Assembly (NCBI GenBank): GCA_965238225.1
Contig: OZ250183.1
Coordinates: forward strand, 736,001-800,000
Direction of reading: 5' to 3'
DNA from: Gammaproteobacteria bacterium
GTDB taxonomy: Bacteria; Pseudomonadota; Gammaproteobacteria; Eutrophobiales; Eutrophobiaceae
Length of the DNA: 64,000 bases
Positions 43,399-52,966 of the stretch are shown here, piece after piece (position 1 is the stretch's first letter; each line of letters opens with the position of its first letter). The notes below the pieces were generated by a model. The model saw only the letters and a program-made list of their open reading frames with translations, searched no databases and was not told the DNA's origin. Made by a program: the position numbers and the translations under genes.

Positions 43399-43896
43399 AT
43401 GGGTAAAACTAACATAATTACGCCTTTCAAGAAGTCAAGCCATGTCCATCAGCAATGCACTGATGCAGCATTGTCCGCGGCGGAAAACACCTGCAATTTG
43501 CGTGGTGTACGACTAACCAAACTGCGTCGGAGAGTATTAGAGCTGGTTTGGGGCAATCATAAGACGGTAAAGGCTTATGATATATTAGACATTTTGCGTG
43601 ATGAACGCAGCGGTTCTGCACCACCAACCGTTTACCGAGCATTAGAATTTTTACAAGAAGAGGGCATGGTGCACAAGATTGAGTCATTAAATGCCTATAT
43701 AGGGTGCGGTGCACCAGGTAACAACCATGCGAGCCAGTTTTTAATATGCCAATCCTGTAGCGTGGTGGCCGAAATAAACGATCCTGAAATAAGAAATTTA
43801 ATTGCTGATAAGGCAGCTGATATGGGTTTTAAAATTGATAAGGAAGTTATAGAGATAAAAGGTATTTGTTTGCAGTGTAGTGATAAATCTAATTAA
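43399..43896 (+). CDS. zur: Zinc uptake regulator (Fur family)
   Basis: RLT..RRRVLEL, KAYDIL, PPTVYRALEFL, two CxxC motifs; heads a metal ABC operon. Confidence 0.92.
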   Translation: MGKTNIITPFKKSSHVHQQCTDAALSAAENTCNLRGVRLTKLRRRVLELVWGNHKTVKAYDILDILRDERSGSAPPTVYRALEFLQEEGMVHKIESLNAYIGCGAPGNNHASQFLICQSCSVVAEINDPEIRNLIADKAADMGFKIDKEVIEIKGICLQCSDKSN

Positions 43897-43905
43897 ATTC
43901 TTACA

Positions 43906-44766
43906 ATGTCTGAAAAAATATTTTTTGTTGCATTATTTGTATGTCAATTTTTACAATATTGTTATGCCAATGATTCATATGCGAATAATGTTTTTGTCAG
44001 CATTTTACCTCAGAAATATTTTGTTGAAAGAATTGCTGGCGAACACGTAGGCGTTTCAGTGATGGTAAGGAAAGGACAAAGTCCTGAGACATATGAGCCT
44101 ACTCCTAAGCAGATGACACTGCTTGGTAAGTCACAATTATATTTCCAGATTGGTATTCCATTTGAAAGCATCTGGATTAATGCAATTAGTGAGCTAAATT
44201 CTGATCTAAAAATAATAGAGTGCTGCACAGAATTAAACACAAAACATAACAAAGAAAATATTTCTGTTTTTGAAAAAAATATGATTGATCCGCATATTTG
44301 GACAAGCCCTGCTAATGTAAAATATATTGCATTAAAGATTAAAAATGCGTTAATTGATAATTATCCTATTCATAAAAAAGAATTTGAGTTTAATTATCAC
44401 GGATTAATCAAAGATCTAGATAAACTTGATCAGGATATTGAATCAAGTTTAGCGCAACTTAATAATCGTTACATTATTGTGTCTCATCCTGCTTTTGGAC
44501 ACTACGCCGAGGCATATAATTTAATTCAATTGTCAATTGAAACAGAAGGCAAAGAGGTTCGCACAAAATCTTTGACAAACTTAATTAAATTTGCAAAATC
44601 AAAAAATATAAAAAAAGTTTTTTCACAAAAACAATTTAATAAAAATTATGCAGAGATTCTTGCTAGAGAAATTTCTGCTTATGTTGTCGATCTTGATCCT
44701 CTGGCTGAAGATTATATTGCCAATCTTTATTATATAACTAATGCTATTTCTGACAGGAAGGATTAA
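43906..44766 (+). CDS. znuA: Zn/Mn ABC transporter substrate-binding protein
   Basis: VSILPQKY, SPETYEP, DPHIWTSP, HPAFGH, LDPL. Confidence 0.85.
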   Translation: MSEKIFFVALFVCQFLQYCYANDSYANNVFVSILPQKYFVERIAGEHVGVSVMVRKGQSPETYEPTPKQMTLLGKSQLYFQIGIPFESIWINAISELNSDLKIIECCTELNTKHNKENISVFEKNMIDPHIWTSPANVKYIALKIKNALIDNYPIHKKEFEFNYHGLIKDLDKLDQDIESSLAQLNNRYIIVSHPAFGHYAEAYNLIQLSIETEGKEVRTKSLTNLIKFAKSKNIKKVFSQKQFNKNYAEILAREISAYVVDLDPLAEDYIANLYYITNAISDRKD

Positions 44767-44768
44767 GA

Positions 44769-45494
44769 ATGAATACTATTATTAGTCTTGATAATGTAAG
44801 TTTTTCATACACCAGCATTCCTGTTGTATGTGATGTCACTCTTGATATTAGTGAGAGTGAATTTCTAGGAGTGATTGGCCCCAACGCTGGCGGTAAAAGT
44901 ACCTTGCTTAAATTGATACTTGGCTTACTTCAACCAGATAAGGGAAGTATAAAAGTATTTGGGGAAAGTCCAAGCAGAGGACGTTTCAGGATTGGTTATG
45001 TTCCACAGTTTCCTGAATTCTTGAGAGATTTTCCGATTAATGTTCATGATGCTGTGCTTTTAGGATGCCTTGGAAAAACCCGCTGGTATGGAGGGTATAC
45101 ACAAGAAGATAAGGAGATTGCTATGAGCTCTCTTAGGGCAGTTGAGATTGATAATATCAGCAATAAAACTATTGATTCACTTTCAGGAGGGCAGTTACAG
45201 AGAGTATTAATTGCTCGGGCACTTGCATCTAAGCCAGATGTTTTAATCCTTGATGAACCCACTGCAAACATTGATCTTCTGTCTGAAGAAAATATTTTTT
45301 CTTTATTAAAACAATATAATAAGCATATGACAATTATTGTTGTGTCTCATGATATTGGATTTATTTCAGGATACGTTGACCGTGTGGCGTGTTTAAATCA
45401 AACCATGCTTTGTCATACAACGAGCGATATTAGCGGAAAAACTATTGAAGAACTATATGGTGTGCCTATGAAAATGATTCAACATGCACATTAA
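44769..45494 (+). CDS. znuC: Zn ABC transporter ATPase
   Basis: GPNAGGKST, IGYVPQ, LSGGQ, LDEPT, SHD. Confidence 0.9.
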   Translation: MNTIISLDNVSFSYTSIPVVCDVTLDISESEFLGVIGPNAGGKSTLLKLILGLLQPDKGSIKVFGESPSRGRFRIGYVPQFPEFLRDFPINVHDAVLLGCLGKTRWYGGYTQEDKEIAMSSLRAVEIDNISNKTIDSLSGGQLQRVLIARALASKPDVLILDEPTANIDLLSEENIFSLLKQYNKHMTIIVVSHDIGFISGYVDRVACLNQTMLCHTTSDISGKTIEELYGVPMKMIQHAH

Positions 45495-45509
45495 CAACAA
45501 TACTACATT

Positions 45510-46334
45510 ATGACTGAATTATTTTTCTCATTAATGAATTACAGTTTCATGCAGCATGCCTTTATTGCCTGCATACTTTCTAGTATTAGCTGTGGAATTA
45601 TTGGTACTTATGTTGTTGTTAAACGTATTGGTTTCCTCGCAGGGGGGATTGCACATACCGTTCTAGCAGGAGTGGGTATCGCTTATTTTATGGAAGGTTC
45701 GCCTTTAATTGGCGCAGTTAGCGCAGCTTTATTTGCCGCTGTATTTATGAGCTTTGCCAAGCTACGTTGGAAGCAACAGGAAAATATTCTTATCGCAGCT
45801 TTCTGGTCTGTAGGAATGGCTGTAGGTATTTTATTTATTTCAAGAACCCCAGGTTATAGCGTTGATCTTATGAATTATTTATTTGGAAATATACTGTTGG
45901 TGTCAAAAGCAGACCTGATATTGATGGCTATGTTGGATATTACTATCATCTGCGTTAGTTTTTTATTTTACAAACAATTTATGGCAGTGATTTTTGATGA
46001 AGAATTTGCACGTCTTCGCGGGGTAAAGATTGAAATCTACTACACCATGCTAATGTGCATGGTGTCACTAACAATAGTATTAATGATTCAGATTGTTGGG
46101 CTTATTCTAGTGATTGCTTTACTGATATTCCCGGCAGCCTGTGCCGCACAATTTTTTCATTCTTTATTCAAAATGATGTTAGCCGCAACAATATTTTGCA
46201 TACTGATAACGCTAAATGGTTTAAGTATTTCCTACCAACTGGATTTACCATCAGGCGCTACGATTATTGTTGTGGCTGCGTTCGTTTATTTGATTTCTAT
46301 AATAACAAGCGCGTTTATTAAACGCAGCAAGTAA
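45510..46334 (+). CDS. znuB: Zn ABC transporter permease
   Basis: GIAH..LAGV, YLFGNIL, FDEEFA, VGLILV. Confidence 0.9.
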   Translation: MTELFFSLMNYSFMQHAFIACILSSISCGIIGTYVVVKRIGFLAGGIAHTVLAGVGIAYFMEGSPLIGAVSAALFAAVFMSFAKLRWKQQENILIAAFWSVGMAVGILFISRTPGYSVDLMNYLFGNILLVSKADLILMAMLDITIICVSFLFYKQFMAVIFDEEFARLRGVKIEIYYTMLMCMVSLTIVLMIQIVGLILVIALLIFPAACAAQFFHSLFKMMLAATIFCILITLNGLSISYQLDLPSGATIIVVAAFVYLISIITSAFIKRSK

Positions 46335-46348
46335 AAGGCACACACCTG

Positions 46349-47401
46349 CTAGGATCGTCTTTTTTGCACCGCTCGCGCAAGGCTTGCAATGAGTGTTGCT
46401 GAATCATCCCAACCAAGACAGGCATCAGTAATACTTTGACCATAGACAAGCTCTTGATTTTCGACAATAGCCTGATTGCCTGCGATAAGATGGCTTTCAA
46501 TCATGACACCAAAGATACGTTTTTCACCAGCGGCAATTTGATTGACTATATCCGCACCAACTTTCATTTGTAACTCATGTTTTTTGTTACTGTTAGCGTG
46601 ACTAAAATCAATCATGATATTGTTTGATAAACCTGCGCTCTCAAGTTCTGCAGAAACCCTGTCGATATTGGTAGTATCATAATTTGGAGACTTACCCCCA
46701 CGCAGAATAATATGGCAATCAGGATTGCCAGTGGTTGAGAATATTCCTGAATTACCTTCTTTTCTTAAGGATAGGAAATGGTGCGGCTTTGTTGCAGCGC
46801 CAATTGCATCAACAGCCACTTTTGTTGTGCCGTCAGTACCATTTTTAAATCCTACAGGACACGAAAGACCAGAAGCCAGCTCTCGATGCACCTGACTTTC
46901 TGTTGTTCTCGCCCCAATAGCGCCCCAACTGATTAAATCAGCGACGTATTGAGGTGTGATGAGATCAAGATATTCTGTTGCACAGGCAACACCTGCATCA
47001 TTTAAGTCATATAAAAGTTTTCTGGCAAGCCGTAATCCATGGTTAATCTCAAAGCTATCATCGAGCTTTGGATCGTTAATTAACCCTTTCCAGCCAACGG
47101 TTGTTCTTGGTTTTTCAAAATAAACACGCATGACGATTAAAAGGTCTTTAGAATATTTATCAATCAAAGATTTTAATCTTGAGGCATATTCTTCTGCCGA
47201 TTTTATATCATGGATAGAACAAGGCCCCATGATTACAACCAGACGATCATCATCCCCAGATAATACATCATGAATTTCTTGTCGGGCTTTGCAGGTTGTT
47301 TCTGCAGCATTTTTTGAAACGGGAATTTCTTCCAAGAGCACAGCAGGCGGCGACAGAGTTTTTATTGAATTGATGCGAAGATCATCTGTTTGATAGCTCA
47401 T
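46349..47401 (-). CDS. aroG: DAHP synthase class I
   Basis: GPCSIHD, RVYFEKPRTTVGWKG, IGARTTESQ, SITDAC; feedback isoform not resolved. Confidence 0.93.
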   Translation of the reverse strand: MSYQTDDLRINSIKTLSPPAVLLEEIPVSKNAAETTCKARQEIHDVLSGDDDRLVVIMGPCSIHDIKSAEEYASRLKSLIDKYSKDLLIVMRVYFEKPRTTVGWKGLINDPKLDDSFEINHGLRLARKLLYDLNDAGVACATEYLDLITPQYVADLISWGAIGARTTESQVHRELASGLSCPVGFKNGTDGTTKVAVDAIGAATKPHHFLSLRKEGNSGIFSTTGNPDCHIILRGGKSPNYDTTNIDRVSAELESAGLSNNIMIDFSHANSNKKHELQMKVGADIVNQIAAGEKRIFGVMIESHLIAGNQAIVENQELVYGQSITDACLGWDDSATLIASLARAVQKRRS

Positions 47402-47458
47402 TTTTATAATTTACTTTAATTTTTTAAAAATGTTAATTGTTGAACACGAATTTTTTAC

Positions 47459-47803
<345 letters not shown>

Positions 47804-48013
47804 TTATCTCATCGTGGTTACCAGAGAACTGGAGATTATAGGCGTTTTGTTGTGAGTAATAAATATAATTCTTTAGGTAATGTGCAAGCCAAGGTAATGA
47901 CTGGTAAGATTAAAACACACAGATCTTGTGCAAATTATTAAAGAATAAAAAATGTTAATAAACTGGAGGTAAAGGTGCTAAAACTTGCCATGCGTTTAAA
48001 GAATTATTGCCAC

Positions 48014-48046
48014 GTTTATGCAGGCAAAGGTTTATGCAGGCAAAGG
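48014..48046. repeat. Perfect 16-bp tandem duplication (GTTTATGCAGGCAAAG x2)
   Basis: Read directly: 48014-48029 equals 48030-48045, plus one further matching base. Confidence 0.95.
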
Positions 48047-48054
48047 AGAATATA

Positions 48055-49931
48055 TTGGATGATCCTAATGCACATGTAGAAGAATTCCTTCAATATTATT
48101 ATAAACTGGAGTCAGCGCCAGAATATGCTGTTCTCATTAAAGGGGCATGGGGCTCTGGGAAATCGTGGTTTATAAACAAATCATTAGGCAAATATAAAGA
48201 AAATAACGGTAAATATTTATATGTGAGTTTATATGGCATTACTTCCTATGAAGAAATTGAATATGCTTTTTTCAAACAGTTGCATCCAGCGTTATCTTCA
48301 AAAGAAGTGATTTTCACTGGGAAAATCTTAACAGAACTTCTAAAAATTCAAAAATTTGATACATCTGACTTTCTAAGTTTTTGTACTAAAATAAAAGAAC
48401 ACATAATAATATTTGATGATCTAGAGCGTTGTTCAATCGAGATTGATAAGATCCTCGGTTATATTAACAATCTTGTTGAGCACAAAGAATGTAAAGTAGT
48501 AATCATTGCTAATGAAAAAGAAATACTTCAACGTAATAGCAACGGTACGGATAGTTGTAGATCATATAAAACAATTAAAGAAAAACTGATTGGTAAAACA
48601 TTCAATATAGAGCCAAATTTAGATAGTGCATTAGGAGTATTTATTTCTAAAATAGAAAATCACGCTGTAAAAGAATTATATGAAAGAAATATTAAAAAAA
48701 TTACTGAGTGTTTTCATCAATCAACATATGAAAATCTAAGACATTTAAAGCAAACATTATCGGATTTTGAATATTTCTTTAAGGAAATCCCAGACCAAGC
48801 AAAGTCGGAAGACGATCTTTTACTTCAATTTATTTTGCTATTTTTTGCATATTCGTTTGAAATAAAAAAAGGCAATATATTACCGTCTGAATTGGAACGG
48901 ATTATGAGCCTTGGTTCTAGCCTCCTAGAAATGAATCTGAGGAGGGAAAAAACAAAAATTCAAAATTAAAATTAAAATACGAAAAGATACGTGAAAAGTA
49001 CAGTGGCCTAGTATATTTTTATGATCATATTATTAATATTGACTTATGGATAGAATTCTTTGATAAAGGAAAAATCAATAAAGAAAAATTAGAACGCTCT
49101 ATATCAGACAGTAGTTATTTTAAAAGGCAAGAGCCTTGGAGGCATCTATGGTATTCTGATCAAGAATTACCCAGTCTATCAGATGATGATTTTAAACGAT
49201 GTCTCTCTAGTGTTGAGGAAGATTGCGCAAAGCGTCATTATAAAGAGATAGGGATAATTAAGCATATCGTAGGACTTTTTTTGTTTTTCTCATATAATTA
49301 TTTATATAAAAAGGATAAAGAAGAAATTTTATCTGATGCAAAATTATACATTGATACTTTAGAAAAAAATATATTAGTGAAAGAGTTTCACAACCAAAAA
49401 TCGCAAGTCCTTAGAGACAGTCACGCTGGTCTTCATTTTCGTGGTTTATCGCCAGAGATTAAAGAATTCAAAGAGTTTCTTACTTATACAGATAAAAAAA
49501 TTAATGAAGCTTGGATTGAGAATGATCAAAATATAGTTAAAGAATTACTAGGTTATTTAGACAGTGATACTGAAAAATTCTACAATTTACTAGTCCCTAC
49601 AGGTAAGGATAATCACACTTATCATGATATCCCTGTACTAAAGAATATAGATACAAAAATATTCTGTGAAAAGATTGCATCACCACTCTCACCAAGACAA
49701 ATATATTTAGTCAGTAAAGTATTTAAAGAACGTTATACACAGCATAACTTAAAAGAAGAAAAAGAATGGCTTATAGAATTAAAAGAACAATTTGAGATAC
49801 AAATAGAGGCACAAATAAAAGAAAGTGATTATAAACTCAGTTCACATGTGATAAGGACACATTTAGTTGATAGTTTGTCTTGTGCCATCGAAAATTTAGG
49901 AGAAGCATCAGACCCAAACAGCACAGAGTAG
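48055..49931 (+). pseudogene. KAP-like P-loop NTPase split by one frameshift between 48921 and 48967
   Basis: Walker A GAWGSGKS, YVSLYG, Walker B IIFDDLERC, KEKLIG; AAGGAG before TTG 48055; frame of ORF 49281..49931 is open back to 48921. Confidence 0.78.
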
Positions 49932-50029
49932 GAAATCTTAGAAAAATTAAGGATTACAGAAAAAAGAATATGTACAATTATTGGTTTAAATAGTGCGCCT
50001 AGATACAAACAAACTCCCGCCTGCAAGGC

Positions 50030-51424
50030 TTACAAACTTCTAACCGTATTGGCGGAAGGTCTCATGCCTTTGAAGTCACTTTGTTTCGTTGATGGTTTGC
50101 TTAGTGTAAAGACATTTTTGTCTATTTGCCGTCGCATTGTGATATCGACATAGGTGGTTTCATTAGGTGCCAAGATTTTACTGACAGGAAAGCCCTGCGA
50201 GTGAAATTCACCGGCGCAATAATATGAAAAACCCTTGTCGGGTCTCACTACAACTCTAAGGCCAAATAATCCATCTTCAATATTACGCATCTTGGCGGCA
50301 TTAAAATAATAGACAAGATTACTGGTTTTTGCGTTTATTTGTCTATCCTGCAAAAAACCATCTGGTAGTTTGGATGGGCTATAGTTTTTGCCGCCTAAAA
50401 GAAAAATGTCGAAGTTATCCCTTTCGATATTATTGCCTTCATCATCATGAATATCAAGTATCAACATTCCGTATTTATCGATGCCGCTTTGTTCTGATTC
50501 TGATAATTCCTCTAGTTCCTTTATTCTGGTACGGTAATTTTTTTGCGTTTTTACTTTTAAACATTTAAGAATTTGTTCGACAATTTGTTCATCATTAGCA
50601 TTTCTTGTCGTGATGCTTTGCATGATGCCCATCTTTTTACCAGAGTGACTATAATTTTTAAATATTCCGATTGGAGTAACTTTAGGTCTGCGGATAATAG
50701 CATTGCTCGTAGGTTTTAGAGCATAGATTTTTGGATTCTTCTTTAGTAACTCGTTTGTTTGCGAAAGTTCTAGATAACAATAATTCATATTGGCACCAGC
50801 AACACGCACAATTCCATCTGAACCAGGCTCTACCAGATAATTATTTAAAAAATCATAGAATTTATTGTCTATCCCTTCGCCAGTAAGCACAAAAGGGAAA
50901 AAATCATTCGCAGCACTATCGTAGTGAATAAATCTCTCGTTAAGCGCCAGTTGCTCACTGCTTCCAAGTGATAGCCAGTCTAATATTTTTTGGCCGGGTT
51001 CAATCCCTTGGCACCACGACTTTATTCTACTGAGGCGTTGTTTCCCAAGAACAGCAAGTGACGAACCGTGATTAGCCGGGGCAAGCATCACAAGATGTTT
51101 CAGTGGAAGCTCTTTAAGTTTGTGAGCGCCGTAGAATCTATCTACCCATTCGCGAACAACAGGACCACCAGTCGAGTGGGTGATATACGAAAATTCTTGA
51201 ATGCCTGATTTATTTTCAGGTAAATCACGCAGAGCACTATCCATTGCCTTGGCTATATCATCAACCTTAACTTCATCATGAAAGCTGATGTATCGCGCAA
51301 GATCAATATGGCTAATTTGTATATCAAGGTGATGTTTGGCAGCACATGTTGTTAAGGCTTTTGGAAGTTCGCTATAAGTATTGGTGTTGGTAACACACCA
51401 ACCATGAACAAAAATTATTTTCAT
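50030..51424 (-). CDS. Alpha/beta hydrolase (lipase/phospholipase-like) with C-terminal extension
   Basis: IIFVHGW oxyanion region, ITHSTGG nucleophile elbow, LAPANHGS, SDG, YSHSG. Confidence 0.78.
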   Translation of the reverse strand: MKIIFVHGWCVTNTNTYSELPKALTTCAAKHHLDIQISHIDLARYISFHDEVKVDDIAKAMDSALRDLPENKSGIQEFSYITHSTGGPVVREWVDRFYGAHKLKELPLKHLVMLAPANHGSSLAVLGKQRLSRIKSWCQGIEPGQKILDWLSLGSSEQLALNERFIHYDSAANDFFPFVLTGEGIDNKFYDFLNNYLVEPGSDGIVRVAGANMNYCYLELSQTNELLKKNPKIYALKPTSNAIIRRPKVTPIGIFKNYSHSGKKMGIMQSITTRNANDEQIVEQILKCLKVKTQKNYRTRIKELEELSESEQSGIDKYGMLILDIHDDEGNNIERDNFDIFLLGGKNYSPSKLPDGFLQDRQINAKTSNLVYYFNAAKMRNIEDGLFGLRVVVRPDKGFSYYCAGEFHSQGFPVSKILAPNETTYVDITMRRQIDKNVFTLSKPSTKQSDFKGMRPSANTVRSL

Positions 51425-51591
51425 CAAGCTTTCCTACGAAATTAGATTAGAAATTTTCTTAGACGATACTATAACCCTTACTTGTCCAAGGATACCAACC
51501 GTTTTTTTAAGTTAGGCAAAACTTTCATTAGGCTTAAATCTTATGAGTCTATAGAGCTTTAATAAAACCTGAGCCTTTTTATTTTATAATA

Positions 51592-51619
51592 ATAACCCTT
51601 CCTTTTCAGGAAGGGTTAT
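51592..51619 (-). terminator. Stem-loop downstream of cpxP-like gene
   Basis: Perfect 12-bp stem ATAACCCTTCCT/AGGAAGGGTTAT, GAAA loop on the minus strand. Confidence 0.7.
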
Positions 51620-51644
51620 AAATTTGCTTTTATGATAGTAGATA

Positions 51645-52076
51645 TTATTTTTTTTCTTGCATTTTTTTGTGATGGCGTTCGTCCATTTTCCCCATTATTT
51701 CTTTTGCCTTTACACGTTGTTCCGGCGTTAGGATTGCATGAATTTTTGCTCGAGTCTGCCCCTGCCTTATGATATCTTCCTTAATTAATACAGATTTCTC
51801 TTCGGCAAAAATTTCTAATTGTTGCTCGTAATTACTGTCGTCAGGGTTTAATTGCATCAAGCCTTTTTTTATCTGCTTTTTAATATGATGCCTTTTTTCC
51901 TTTTGATTACGAGTGAGCGCTTTAATCTCTTTTTGCTGCTTATCAGTCAAGTCAAGATGCTTCGCCATCATAACGTGAAAACCCTCTCGGTTTTTTTTAT
52001 GATGCCCGTCTTCTAATGCCAATGCTCCGACACCGACACTCATAATTAAAATGCCCATTAGTATGTATATTTTCAT
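51645..52076 (-). CDS. cpxP: Spy/CpxP family periplasmic protein
   Basis: Signal peptide, two LTxxQ motifs (LTDKQ, LTPEQ), divergent from cpxR. Confidence 0.82.
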   Translation of the reverse strand: MKIYILMGILIMSVGVGALALEDGHHKKNREGFHVMMAKHLDLTDKQQKEIKALTRNQKEKRHHIKKQIKKGLMQLNPDDSNYEQQLEIFAEEKSVLIKEDIIRQGQTRAKIHAILTPEQRVKAKEIMGKMDERHHKKMQEKK

Positions 52077-52126
52077 TTTAAATCTCCTCTTGGTTGATTT
52101 TCATATTTAGTATGAGCGATAGCAAT

Positions 52127-52173
52127 GTAAAGTTGGGTTCAGTTAAGTAAAGTTTGGTAAAGAGATGTGTAAA
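52127..52173 (+). promoter_or_regulatory. CpxR-type binding site array
   Basis: GTAAA-N5-GTTCA-N5-GTAAA-N5-GTAAA at 52127/37/47/57, extra GTAAA at 52169. Confidence 0.8.
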
Positions 52174-52202
52174 TACAGTGTAACATTCGCTACGCTTAGG
52201 GT

Positions 52203-52913
52203 ATGAATAATTCGCAAAACCAAATATTGCTGGTAGATGATGATAAAACTCTGGTTAGTCTTCTGTCTCAATACCTTGAGCGGGAGAACTTCACTGTCTG
52301 CGCTGTGCATAATGGGCAGGCAGCGGTTGACCTAGTGCAGCACAACGAGCAGTTTTGTGTGATTGTGTTGGATATTATGATGCCCAAACTTAATGGCTTG
52401 GAGGTGCTACAGATACTGCGCCAGCGGGTGAATACGCCAATTTTAATGCTAACAGGGCGTGGCGATGAGCTTGATCGTATTATTGGCTTAGAGATGGGCG
52501 CCGATGATTACCTAGAAAAACCCTGCAACCCTCGCGAGCTTCTAGCACGCATACGCGCTGTATTAAGACGTTCGCGGCTGCAAAGCCCAACACCTGAAAA
52601 TCATTCAGAGCCGATTGTGTTACATGATCTGACTTTAGACATAAACAAACGTGAATTTTTTTATAAAGAAACCCTAGTAAAGCTAACGGGCGCTGAATTT
52701 AATGTGCTTTCCTTGTTAATGCAGGCGGCGGGCAGGGCAATAAGTAAGCAGGATTTGACGCGCCAGGTTCTGCATCGCGAGATGACTGCCTATGATCGCA
52801 GTATTGATGTGCATGTTAGTCGGTTGCGTAAGAAGTTAGAGATTGCCAGTGGGCAAGAAAAAATTGACTATATCAAAACCATTCGCGGAGAAGGCTATCA
52901 ATTTATTCACTAA
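52203..52913 (+). CDS. cpxR: OmpR-family response regulator, CpxR-like
   Basis: LLVDDD, LDIMMP, GLEMGADDYL.KP, DRSIDVHVSRLRKK. Confidence 0.85.
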   Translation: MNNSQNQILLVDDDKTLVSLLSQYLERENFTVCAVHNGQAAVDLVQHNEQFCVIVLDIMMPKLNGLEVLQILRQRVNTPILMLTGRGDELDRIIGLEMGADDYLEKPCNPRELLARIRAVLRRSRLQSPTPENHSEPIVLHDLTLDINKREFFYKETLVKLTGAEFNVLSLLMQAAGRAISKQDLTRQVLHREMTAYDRSIDVHVSRLRKKLEIASGQEKIDYIKTIRGEGYQFIH

Positions 52914-52966
52914 TAAAGTTTTGCTTAAAGTATTTACCTGCTTTTGATTAGGGATTGGTAAAAAAG

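Noticed and set aside
48055-51424. NTPase plus lipase as a two-gene defence operon
   Set aside because: Convergent orientation and no evidence of co-occurrence; kept as separate observations
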